The notes under the pieces: model-generated | Database searches by the model: none | Told to the model about the DNA's origin: nothing | Seen by the model: the letters and a program-made list of their open reading frames with translations, nothing else | Program-made: the position numbers and the translations under genes | Assembly: GCA_963812135.1 (NCBI GenBank) | Contig: CAWETU010000001.1 | Coordinates: 384,001-448,000, forward strand | Source of the DNA: Vulcanimicrobiota bacterium | GTDB lineage: Bacteria; Vulcanimicrobiota; Vulcanimicrobiia; Eremiobacterales; Eremiobacteraceae | Direction of reading: 5' to 3' | Length of the DNA: 64,000 nucleotides | Shown here: in pieces, positions 21,467-30,375 of the stretch | How the letters are laid out: each line of letters starts with the position of its first letter | How positions within the stretch are numbered: position 1 is the stretch's first letter

Positions 21467-22270
21467 GTGGGCGTTTCACCGAGACCGTCACACGGCGAGC
21501 GTTTCGATCGGGAACGCACGCGGGCGTTGTTCGCATCGTTCGCGACCACCCGCGACGGCGAGGTACGCGAGACGCTCGTCGTGGCGCATCTCAATCTCGT
21601 GCGTTATCTCGCGTCGCGCTTCGCCAATCGAGGCGAGCCGCTCGACGACCTCATCCAAGTCGGCACGCTCGGCTTGATCAAAGCGATCGACCGGTTCGAG
21701 CCGCAGCGCGGTCTGGAATTCACGACGTATGCGACCCCGACGATCATCGGCGAGATCAAGCGCCATTTCCGCGACAAGGGCTGGGCCATCCGCGTGCCGC
21801 GCCGTCTGCAGGAGCTCAACGCGGCCGTCAATCGCGCGCTGGACACGATGTCGGCGCAGCTCGGCCGTTCTCCGAGCGTGGCGGAGCTCGCGCAAAAGCT
21901 CAACGCGAGCGAAGAGGAGGTCATCGAGGCGCACGAGCTCGGACAGGCCTACGCGCCCCTGTCGCTCGACGTCGAGCTGGCGGGCGACAGCGAAGGCAAA
22001 GCCGCCACGTTGATGGATTACTTGGGTCGCGATGATCCGGACATGAAGCTGCTCGAGAACAAGGACCTGCTGGAGCGGGCGTTCGAGCGGCTCGACCGGC
22101 GCGAACGCGTCATCGTCTATCTCCGCTATTACGAGAACGCCTCACAATCCGACATCGCGCGGCGCCTGCAAGTGTCGCAGATGCACGTGTCGCGCCTGCA
22201 GCAGCGCGCGCTCGCCAAGATGAAGGGCCTCCTGGTCCAAGAAGAGTCGCGCCCCGAACACGCAAACTAG
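21467..22270 (+). CDS. sigB: RNA polymerase sigma factor, SigB/SigF/SigG family
   Basis: DDLIQVGTLGLIKAIDRF, YATPTIIGEIKRHFRDKGW, SQMHVSRL; follows rsbV-rsbW. Confidence 0.9.
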   Translation: MGVSPRPSHGERFDRERTRALFASFATTRDGEVRETLVVAHLNLVRYLASRFANRGEPLDDLIQVGTLGLIKAIDRFEPQRGLEFTTYATPTIIGEIKRHFRDKGWAIRVPRRLQELNAAVNRALDTMSAQLGRSPSVAELAQKLNASEEEVIEAHELGQAYAPLSLDVELAGDSEGKAATLMDYLGRDDPDMKLLENKDLLERAFERLDRRERVIVYLRYYENASQSDIARRLQVSQMHVSRLQQRALAKMKGLLVQEESRPEHAN

Positions 22271-22278
22271 TCCCTGAC

Positions 22279-24927
22279 ATGACCTCCGCGGAGATCCGAC
22301 GTTCGTTCGTCGACTTTTTCGTCGCGAAACAACACCGGCACGTGCCTGGCGCGAGCCTGGTCCCTGACGCGCTGTCGACGACGCTGTTCACGATCGCCGG
22401 CATGGAGCCGTTCGTGCCGCAATTCCTGGGCGAAGCCCCGCCGCCGGCGCCGCGCGTGGTCACGGTGCAGCGATGCCTGCGGGTGGCGGGCGGCAAGAAC
22501 GACATCGAAAACGTCGGCCGCAGCGGCCGCCATGGCACGTTTCTCGAGATGCTGGGCAATTTCTCGTTCGGCGATTACTACAAACGCGAAGCGATCGCGT
22601 GGGCGTGGGAGTATCTGACCAAGACGCTGCGTATGCCGGCGGACCGGCTCTACGCCACCGTCTACGTCGACGACGACGAGGCGGCGGAGATCTGGCAGCG
22701 CCACATCGGGCTTGCGCCCGAGCGCGTCACGCGCATGCGCGAGGACAATTTTTGGGATATGGGTCCGACCGGTCCATGCGGTCCATGCTCGGAGATCTTC
22801 TACGATCTCGGTCCCGAGGCCGGCTGCGGCAAGCCGACCTGCGGCGTCGGCTGCCCGGACTGCGACCGCTACGTCGAGTTCTGGAATCTCGTCTTCCAAC
22901 AGTACGACCGGGATTCGAGCGGCAGGCTGCACCCGCTTCCCAAGCAGTGCATCGATACCGGCATGGGCTTCGAGCGCCTATGCATGATCCTCGCCGGCAA
23001 GACATCGATATTCGACACCGATGTGTATCAGTCGATCATCGCGACGCTCCCCCCGGTCGGCGCATCGCGGCTTGCGCAAGAGGAACAGGCGGTCCATAAG
23101 CGGATCATCGCGGATCATGCGCGCGCCTGCGTGTTCTTGGTCGCAGACGGCGTCGTGCCGAGCAACACGGACCGCGGGTACGTGCTGCGCTTCCTCGCGC
23201 GCCGCGCGATCCGCAGCGGCACGCTGCTCGGTTTTCCTGAAGGCTTCTTCTCGAGGCTGACGCCCGTCGTGATCGCCTCGTTGATCAGCGGCTACCCAGA
23301 GTTGGGCGGCGTGGACGAGCGCGTGCGCGGAGTGCTCGAAGCAGAAGAAAAGCAGTTCAGCGCCACGTTGGCGCGCGGGTCCGCTCGTTTGGCGGAGCGC
23401 ATCGAAGCGTTGCGCCGCGCCGGTGCGGGCGAGTTGCCGGGCACCGATGCGTTCGAGCTCTACGACACGTATGGGTTCCCGCTCGATCTCACGCGCGAGA
23501 TCGCTTCGGAAGCGGGTTTGTCGATCGACATGGCCGGCTATCACGCGGCGATGGAAGAGCAGCGGGAGCGCGCTCGTGCCGACGCGATCGCCAAACGGGG
23601 CGAAGTGCGCGTGGCGCGGCCGCCATCGGGCGACGTCGAACAGTCGACATTCGTCGGATACACCGGCCTTGAGGCGAAAGCGACGATCGTCGCCCTCTTC
23701 GATCGCACCGGCGCGGCCGTCGAGCGGCTGGACGGAGGCGCCGAAGGCATCGTGGTGCTCGACACGACGCCGTTTTACGCGGAGCGCGGTGGCCAAGTCG
23801 GCGACCGGGGCGTGCTGGCCGGTGCCGCAGCGGCGTTCGACGTGCGCGACACGCAATATGAAGATAAGACGCATCGGCGCATCATGCACCGGGGCACGGT
23901 GAAATCGGGGACAATCGCAGTCGGCGACCAAGTGGACGCGCTGGTCGATCCCCATTGGCGGCGCGAGATCCGCCGGCACCACACCGTGACGCACCTGCTC
24001 CAGCGCGCGCTCAAGGAGGCGCTGGGAGACGCGGTCGCCCAGCGCGGCAGCGCCGTCTTCCCCGAGCGGACGCGTTTCGATTTCGACTCCCCAGTCGGCG
24101 CGCTTTCACGGCAGCAGCGCGCCGAGGTGACGTCGCGCGTCAACGAACTTATCCGCGACGACTATCACATCGACGAGCAGACGATGCCGTTCGCCGAAGC
24201 GATCGCGCGCGGCGCCGTGCACATGAAGGGCGAGAACTACGGCGACATCGTGCGCGTCGTGACGTTCGGACCGAGCATCGAGCTGTGCGGCGGCACGCAC
24301 GTCTCGTCCACTGGCGAGATCGGACACTTCGTGCTGCTCGGCGAGTCGGCGATCGGCGCCGGCATCCGGCGGGTCGAGGGCGTCGTCTCCGAAGCGGCTG
24401 ATCATTATGTGGACACGATGCGCGATGCGGTCGACGAAGTCGGACACGCGCTGTCGACGTCGGGCGATCAGGTTCCCGAGGCCGTCTCACGTCTCGCGCA
24501 GCGGCAGAAAGAGCTCGAGCGCAAAGTCGCGGCGTTACAATCGCAGCTCGCGTCGCAGCGCGCGACCGAGTACGTCGCAGCCGCGAAGGAAGTGGCGGGC
24601 GTGAAGTACGTCGCTGTGGCGCCTGGCGACGAAGCCGGCGTCGGCGCCCGGGATCTCGCCGATTCCATCCGCGCGCAATTGCCCGACGGCGTCGTCGTCG
24701 TGGCGGCGCCGGAAAACGGCAAAGTGTCGGTCGTTGTCGCCGCAGGGGGCGCGGCTGCCCGCAAAGGCGTTTCGGCCAAAGACGTCCTCGCGGCCATCAT
24801 CCCGCACGTCGACGGCAAAGGTGGCGGCAATCCGGCGATGGCACAGGGCGCCGGCAAGAATCCGGCGGGCATCGACGCGGCGCTGGCCGCGGTGCCGAGC
24901 GCGATCGAGAAAGCCGTTCGTGCGTAA
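22279..24927 (+). CDS. alaS: Alanine--tRNA ligase
   Basis: HGTFLEMLGNFSFGDYYK, GPCGPCSEI, IDTGMGFER, HHTVTHLL, ELCGGTH, GKGGG. Confidence 0.98.
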   Translation: MTSAEIRRSFVDFFVAKQHRHVPGASLVPDALSTTLFTIAGMEPFVPQFLGEAPPPAPRVVTVQRCLRVAGGKNDIENVGRSGRHGTFLEMLGNFSFGDYYKREAIAWAWEYLTKTLRMPADRLYATVYVDDDEAAEIWQRHIGLAPERVTRMREDNFWDMGPTGPCGPCSEIFYDLGPEAGCGKPTCGVGCPDCDRYVEFWNLVFQQYDRDSSGRLHPLPKQCIDTGMGFERLCMILAGKTSIFDTDVYQSIIATLPPVGASRLAQEEQAVHKRIIADHARACVFLVADGVVPSNTDRGYVLRFLARRAIRSGTLLGFPEGFFSRLTPVVIASLISGYPELGGVDERVRGVLEAEEKQFSATLARGSARLAERIEALRRAGAGELPGTDAFELYDTYGFPLDLTREIASEAGLSIDMAGYHAAMEEQRERARADAIAKRGEVRVARPPSGDVEQSTFVGYTGLEAKATIVALFDRTGAAVERLDGGAEGIVVLDTTPFYAERGGQVGDRGVLAGAAAAFDVRDTQYEDKTHRRIMHRGTVKSGTIAVGDQVDALVDPHWRREIRRHHTVTHLLQRALKEALGDAVAQRGSAVFPERTRFDFDSPVGALSRQQRAEVTSRVNELIRDDYHIDEQTMPFAEAIARGAVHMKGENYGDIVRVVTFGPSIELCGGTHVSSTGEIGHFVLLGESAIGAGIRRVEGVVSEAADHYVDTMRDAVDEVGHALSTSGDQVPEAVSRLAQRQKELERKVAALQSQLASQRATEYVAAAKEVAGVKYVAVAPGDEAGVGARDLADSIRAQLPDGVVVVAAPENGKVSVVVAAGGAAARKGVSAKDVLAAIIPHVDGKGGGNPAMAQGAGKNPAGIDAALAAVPSAIEKAVRA

Positions 24928-25639
24928 CCAAGCGCGCGCCGCGCGATACTGGATCGCGCTGAGTCTTGTCGCGGTCGCATACTGGTCGACCGCGCCGGCA
25001 AGCGCGGCGCCGGCAGCGCCGCCCACCGCTGCCAAGGTGCTCGCGAAGTACCGCGCGGCGATGGCGGATCTTCCCAAGCCGTCGAACATGATCTTCACGT
25101 ATAGCGAGACGCGCACCGGCCCGACGCGCATCGTGAGCGGGCTGCACCGCGTCTATCGCGACAAGGATGGCAACCAGCGCAACGATACGCTGGCGATCAA
25201 CGATCAGCCGATCCGGCCGCCGAGCACGCAGACATTCCAGCGCGCGTCGTGGCCGTACTTCGCCGATCAGTTCGATGCATCGCCATCGGACTACGACGTG
25301 AAGTTCGCTGGCATGGCGACGGTCGACGGGCGGCGTGCGTACGTCTACGGAACGAAACGGCTCACGGCGGCGCCGTTCGCGATCACGCAGTTGGCGCTCG
25401 ATCCGGCGACCGGCCTTCCGCTTCGGGAGCTGTTCACGGTCGCCACGAGCGATTGCACCGGCGATGGCGAGATCGATTTCATGCTGGTCGGCACCTACGT
25501 GCTCCCATCGGCCGTCTCGGCGCAATGCACCATGAGCGGTACCGGCCAGTTCAAAGACGCGATGCGCTTTTCCGACTATTCATTCCCCGCGGCGATCCCA
25601 GCTGACGTGCTGCACCCGAACGGAACGCCGGCGGGATGA
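24920..25639 (+). CDS. Secreted hypothetical protein (possible LolA/lipoprotein-sorting-like fold)
   Basis: Signal peptide ending ASA-A; TVDGRRAYV and LDPATGLP segments; GTG start overlapping the alaS end. Confidence 0.65.
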   Translation: MRNQARAARYWIALSLVAVAYWSTAPASAAPAAPPTAAKVLAKYRAAMADLPKPSNMIFTYSETRTGPTRIVSGLHRVYRDKDGNQRNDTLAINDQPIRPPSTQTFQRASWPYFADQFDASPSDYDVKFAGMATVDGRRAYVYGTKRLTAAPFAITQLALDPATGLPLRELFTVATSDCTGDGEIDFMLVGTYVLPSAVSAQCTMSGTGQFKDAMRFSDYSFPAAIPADVLHPNGTPAG

Positions 25640-26808
25640 GGGTGCTCGCGCGCTGGTCGCCGCTCATCGTGTTCATCCTCGCCTTCGCGGCGTATTGGAT
25701 GTCGACCGGCGGCATGCACGCGTACTACGACAACTTCGTGCGGCTCGCATACGCGTTCGTGCACGGGCGGTTATGGATCGATTGGCCCGGCCCCGCGATC
25801 GAAGCGTTGGAATACAACGGCCAGCATTACGTGATCGAAGGGCCGGTGCCGGCGCTGTTGTGCATCCCGTTCGTGCTGCTCTATGGACTCGACGCGAACC
25901 AGGCGGTCGTCTGCGCGATCGCAGCAGCCATCGGCGTTTCCGCCGCTTGGGCGATGCTCGGACGGATGGGCGTTTCGCGCGTAGTGCAGTTGTGGACGAC
26001 GATCTTTCTCGGCTTCGGCACCGTGTATTGGTGGTGCGCCGCATTTGGTTCGCTGTGGATGTACGCGCACATCGCCGGCGCGATGTTCGCGCTGCTCGCG
26101 CTGGCTGAATGGTATGGCCGCCGCCGGCCATGGCTGCTCGGCGTGCTGTTCGCATGCGTCGCGCTGTCGCGTTTCCCGATGGCGCTCGCGGGCATACCGT
26201 TCGTGATCTGGCTGATGGTCGAGACGCCGAAAGGCCAGCGCCTCAAGGCATTCGCGGAGGTCGCCGCGGGCGCGCTGCCGTTCTTCTTGTTGTTCTTGCT
26301 GTATAACTATGGCAGATGGCACACGTTCAGCGACATCGGCTACACGACGTGGTTCCATCAGGATCCGGTCGGCTCGAGGACCGGCAGTCCGTTCGGCCTG
26401 CGCTTCTTGCCGGCGAATCTGTTCAGCTTCTTCCTGCTCGCGCCCGACTTCTCGCCGGATCCGCCGTGGCTCAAACCGACTGGGTTCGGCGTCGCGCTCA
26501 CCTTCACGAGCCCGGCGCTCGCGCTCGCGTTCTTCGCGCCGGCGCGCAACCGTGAGACGTGGTTCTTGTGGTCGGCGGTGCTGCTGACCGCGCTCCCGTC
26601 GCTGCTCTACTACGTCAACGGCTTCGAGCAGTTCGGCATGCGGCATTCGCTCGATTTCACGCCGTTCATCATCCCGCTCGTCGCGCGCGGTTTCGAGCGT
26701 GTCAAGTACGCGTTCTCGTACGTGTTGATCGTGTGGTCCGTGCTCGCCAACGCATGGGGTGTCTGGTACTCGTGGGCCTACCACGCGTACGCGGTCGTGC
26801 CTCGGTAG
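25636..26808 (+). CDS. Polytopic membrane protein, probable GT-C family glycosyltransferase
   Basis: About 10 TM segments, acidic/aromatic first loop (YYDNFVRLAYAF), FGMRHSLDF late loop. Confidence 0.65.
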   Translation: MRVLARWSPLIVFILAFAAYWMSTGGMHAYYDNFVRLAYAFVHGRLWIDWPGPAIEALEYNGQHYVIEGPVPALLCIPFVLLYGLDANQAVVCAIAAAIGVSAAWAMLGRMGVSRVVQLWTTIFLGFGTVYWWCAAFGSLWMYAHIAGAMFALLALAEWYGRRRPWLLGVLFACVALSRFPMALAGIPFVIWLMVETPKGQRLKAFAEVAAGALPFFLLFLLYNYGRWHTFSDIGYTTWFHQDPVGSRTGSPFGLRFLPANLFSFFLLAPDFSPDPPWLKPTGFGVALTFTSPALALAFFAPARNRETWFLWSAVLLTALPSLLYYVNGFEQFGMRHSLDFTPFIIPLVARGFERVKYAFSYVLIVWSVLANAWGVWYSWAYHAYAVVPR

Positions 26809-26809
26809 A

Positions 26810-27529
26810 GTGCCTCCAGTCTCGTTCGCATGGCCGCTCACCCCGCTCGCCGATTCGATTTGGACGGCAAGCGTGCCGATCCGCTTCGCCGGCGCGTGGT
26901 TTCCGCATGTCATGACGGTTGTGCGGTCGCGCGCGGGGTCGCTGCTGCTGCATTCGCCATGCGAGTTGTCCGCCGGCTTGTTGGGCGGTCTGAAAAACCT
27001 CGGACCGGTCGACGACGTCGTCGCACCAAATTGGTTCCACGATCTCTACCTCGCCGAATACCGGGCGGCGTTTCCGACGGCGACGTTCTGGGGGCCTTCG
27101 AGATTACAAAAAGCGCTCGGCGCGCGCGTCATCGATCGCGTTCTTGACGGCGATTCGACAGCGCCGTGGTTTGAGGCGTTGCCGCATACCACGATAAAGG
27201 GGTTGCTCACGTTCGATGAGAGCGTGTTCTTCCACGAGCCGACCCGCACGCTCATCGTCGCTGATTTTTTGATGAACCTGTCGACGGAAGCCGATGCGCC
27301 GGCGTTTACGCGATTCGCGTTCCGCATATCGCGCGCCGACACAGGACTCCAAGTGTTTCCGATCCTGCGCTGGCTCAGCGTCTCGAACCGGGCAGCGCTG
27401 AGGAGCGCCGCCGAGCAAATGCTGGAGTGGCGACCCGAGCGGATCGTTGTCGGTCACGGAAACCCGATCACGCAGGACGCGATGCCCCGGTTGCAGGTGG
27501 CGTTTCGCTGGCTGGTGCCTCACATATAA
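26810..27529 (+). CDS. DUF4336 family protein (metallo-beta-lactamase-like fold)
   Basis: MTVVR, LLLHSP, VAPNWFHDLY, ESVFFHEPTRTLIVAD, IVVGHG. Confidence 0.82.
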   Translation: MPPVSFAWPLTPLADSIWTASVPIRFAGAWFPHVMTVVRSRAGSLLLHSPCELSAGLLGGLKNLGPVDDVVAPNWFHDLYLAEYRAAFPTATFWGPSRLQKALGARVIDRVLDGDSTAPWFEALPHTTIKGLLTFDESVFFHEPTRTLIVADFLMNLSTEADAPAFTRFAFRISRADTGLQVFPILRWLSVSNRAALRSAAEQMLEWRPERIVVGHGNPITQDAMPRLQVAFRWLVPHI

Positions 27530-27568
27530 AGGTCACGCGCCAGGAGTCCGGCGAACGCGGCGCCCGAC

Positions 27569-28276
27569 ATGGCCGATCCGAAACCGGTGCTGCCCGCGAA
27601 GATCCTCGTCGTCGACGATGAGGCGACGATCCTCCAAACGCTGCGCTATAATCTTGAGAAAAACGGCTACTCGGTCTGCACGGCGGGCGACGGCCGGCGC
27701 GCGCTTTCCGTCGCCGAGCTCGAGAAACCCGATCTGATCGTGCTCGACATCATGTTGCCGGAGCTCGACGGCATCGAAGTGTGCCGCGAGATCCGCAAGC
27801 GCTCGACGACGCCGGTGCTCATGCTCACCGCGAAAGACCAAGAGATCGACAAAGTGCTCGCGCTTGAGATCGGCGCCGACGATTACATCACCAAGCCGTT
27901 CTCCGTCTACGAGCTGTTGGCGCGCATCAAAGCGCATTTGCGCCGTCTTCAGACGACGCAAGTCCCGGCGGAGACCGGCGTCGTCAAAGGCGGCGACATC
28001 GAGCTCGACGCGGGCCGGCATCGCGTCACCAAGGCCGGCGCGATCATCGAACTTGCGCCCAAGGAATTCCGCTTGCTGCAAGTGCTGCTCGAGAACAAAG
28101 GGCGTGTGGTCACGCGTCAAGCGATGCTCGACCGCGTGTGGGGCTACGATTTCTACGGCGATCTGCAGACCGTCAACGTACACATCCGCTGGTTGCGCGA
28201 GAAGATCGAAGACACCCCGAGCGAACCCAAATACATCCTCACCGTGCGCAGCCGCGGGTATCTCTTCAAAGAGTAG
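27569..28276 (+). CDS. phoP: OmpR-family response regulator, PhoP/PhoB type
   Basis: VVDDE, LDIMLP, GADDYITKPF, TVNVHIRWLREKIE; next to phoR, phoU and pst. Confidence 0.9.
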   Translation: MADPKPVLPAKILVVDDEATILQTLRYNLEKNGYSVCTAGDGRRALSVAELEKPDLIVLDIMLPELDGIEVCREIRKRSTTPVLMLTAKDQEIDKVLALEIGADDYITKPFSVYELLARIKAHLRRLQTTQVPAETGVVKGGDIELDAGRHRVTKAGAIIELAPKEFRLLQVLLENKGRVVTRQAMLDRVWGYDFYGDLQTVNVHIRWLREKIEDTPSEPKYILTVRSRGYLFKE

Positions 28277-28294
28277 CCAACCCAAGCGGCTCAC

Positions 28295-29392
28295 ATGCCG
28301 CTTTTCGATCCGTTCCGGAAACCAACTAAGGCGCCCGGCCATGCCGCTGCAAGCCCGCCTGACCGCAGCGCTGCGCTGTCCGAGCGCTTCGACGCGCTCG
28401 TCGACGCGTTGCCGGTCGGCGTCATCGTGGTCGGCGAAGACGGCCGCGTCACGGTGTTCAACCCCGCCGCCGAGGAGATCTTCGGCGTGCCGCGCGAGCG
28501 CGCGCTCGGGCGCACCCTCATCGAGAGCGTGCGCAGCTTCGAGCTCGACCGGCGCCTCTCCAACGCGTTGCGCGGCGGCGTCGAGCAAACGGCGGAACTC
28601 ACCTATAACGCGGGAACGGAGCGCAAGCTCGAGCTGACGACACGGCCGCTGCGCGGCACTGAACCTCCCCGCGAGGCGGTCGCCGTCGTGCACGACATCA
28701 CGCGCGTGCGCGAGCTCGAGGCGATCCGGCGCGACTTCGTCTCGAACGTCTCACACGAGCTGCGCACGCCGTTGACCTCGGTCAAGATCATCGCGGAGAC
28801 GCTGCAAGGCGGCGTCGACGAGAAGACGGCGAAAGATTTTCTGAACGACATCGCGCGCGAGACGGAGCGCATGATCGCCCTCGTCGAAGACCTGCTCGGA
28901 CTCGCCAAGCTCGAGAGCAGCGCGCCGGCCAGTCCGTTCGCGCCGGTCGATCTGTGCGAGCTTTGCCGCGAAGTCGTCGCGACGCAAGCGCTGCGCGCGA
29001 AGCAGTTGCACATCGACCTGCAAGTCCGCACCCCGCAGGAGCCGATCGTCATGATGGGCGACCGCGCGAAGCTCGTGCAGGTGGTCGTCAACTTGCTGGA
29101 CAACGCGCTGCGGCTCACGCCTGCGAACGGCCACGTGTCGGTCGCGGCCAAGAGTGACGACGGACACGCCGAGCTCAGCGTCAAAGATGATGGCCCCGGC
29201 ATCCCGTCCTCGGCATTGCCGCACATCTTCGAACGCTTCTATGTCGTCGATCGATCGCGTGCGCGCGCGTCGGCCGGCACGGGTCTCGGGCTTGCGATCG
29301 TGAAGCATATCGTGGAGCAACATGGCGGCACGGTGGTCGCTGAGAGCGAGCTGGGAATGGGAACGACGCTCCGTTGCCGATTCAAGATTTAA
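28295..29392 (+). CDS. phoR: PAS-domain sensor histidine kinase, PhoR type (no TM segment seen)
   Basis: DFVSNVSHELRTPLT, NLLDNA, DDGPGI, IFERFY, GTGLGLAIVKH. Confidence 0.9.
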   Translation: MPLFDPFRKPTKAPGHAAASPPDRSAALSERFDALVDALPVGVIVVGEDGRVTVFNPAAEEIFGVPRERALGRTLIESVRSFELDRRLSNALRGGVEQTAELTYNAGTERKLELTTRPLRGTEPPREAVAVVHDITRVRELEAIRRDFVSNVSHELRTPLTSVKIIAETLQGGVDEKTAKDFLNDIARETERMIALVEDLLGLAKLESSAPASPFAPVDLCELCREVVATQALRAKQLHIDLQVRTPQEPIVMMGDRAKLVQVVVNLLDNALRLTPANGHVSVAAKSDDGHAELSVKDDGPGIPSSALPHIFERFYVVDRSRARASAGTGLGLAIVKHIVEQHGGTVVAESELGMGTTLRCRFKI

Positions 29393-29403
29393 GCGGTCCA
29401 TAG

Positions 29404-29432
29404 TTTACAAATGTCCCGCTCCGGCCTATAAT
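29404..29432 (+). promoter_or_regulatory. Sigma70-type promoter for phoU
   Basis: TTTACA (29404-29409), 17 bp spacer, TATAAT (29427-29432). Confidence 0.75.
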
Positions 29433-29473
29433 GCAGGGGTACCTTTTTTCATCCCGAGAGGAGCCGGGTTTTT

Positions 29474-30208
29474 TTGGGTCGCGAAAACTTCCATCGAATC
29501 CTAGACGAAACGCAGCAGGACACGCTGCGTCTCGGCAGTCTTGTCGAAGACGCAACCGCGAAGGCGGTCGATGCGCTGACGCGCTCGGACGTCAAGCTCG
29601 CCGATGAGATCCTCGAAGCCGACGACATCGTCGACGATCTCTGCGTGCGCATCGAGACCAATTGTCTCAACCTGCTCGCGTTGCAGCAGCCAATGGCCTC
29701 CGACCTGCGGACCATCGCGGCGATGCTCGACATCATCATCGACCTCGAGCGCATCGGCGATCACGCGTGCGACATCGCGCAGATCACGAAGAACCTCGCC
29801 ACCGAACCGCAGCTCAAGCCGTTCATCGACATCCCGTTGATGGCCACCGCGGCGCGCGAAATGTTGCGCGAGTCGCTCGACGCGTTCGCGCAGCACAACG
29901 CCGATATCGCGCACAAAGTGCCGGCCAAAGACGACGAGGTCGACCGGCTCTATCGCGCGGTGTTCAAAGAGCTGATCGAGTTCATGGCGAAGGATCCGCG
30001 GGCCATCAGTCGCGGCAGCAACCTGATCCTCGTGGCGCTGTATCTCGAACGCATCGCCGACCACGCGACCAACATCTGCGAGCGGGTCGTGTACATGGTC
30101 GAAGGCGTGCCGAAGCACCTCAAGCGCTCGGTCGTCGAGATCAACCAGGCGATCGCTCACTCGGACAGCCTGAGCGGACGCACCGTCGGGGACACCGCGG
30201 CTTCGTAA
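29474..30208 (+). CDS. phoU: Phosphate signalling complex protein PhoU
   Basis: QQPMASDLR, DLERIGDH, DDEVD, LERIADHATNICE; TTG start after AGAGGAG. Confidence 0.96.
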   Translation: MGRENFHRILDETQQDTLRLGSLVEDATAKAVDALTRSDVKLADEILEADDIVDDLCVRIETNCLNLLALQQPMASDLRTIAAMLDIIIDLERIGDHACDIAQITKNLATEPQLKPFIDIPLMATAAREMLRESLDAFAQHNADIAHKVPAKDDEVDRLYRAVFKELIEFMAKDPRAISRGSNLILVALYLERIADHATNICERVVYMVEGVPKHLKRSVVEINQAIAHSDSLSGRTVGDTAAS

Positions 30209-30255
30209 GAGCCAATTCCGGTACACGTTGGATAAATCGGGTCGTTCCGAGGCGC

Positions 30256-30303
30256 CTTAACCCGCGCTTAAGGCTGTCTTAACATCGTCTTCAAGCCCCT
30301 AAG
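30256..30303 (+). promoter_or_regulatory. Pho box array upstream of pstS
   Basis: CTTAA at 30256, 30267, 30278 and CTTCA at 30289 (11-bp period); CCTAA at 30299. Confidence 0.8.
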
Positions 30304-30375
30304 GTACGGTCGTAGTGGTGCATTTTTTCACTAACTGCCGCGCGATTTTTCGCGCGTAGGAGCGCTCGAAAACCA

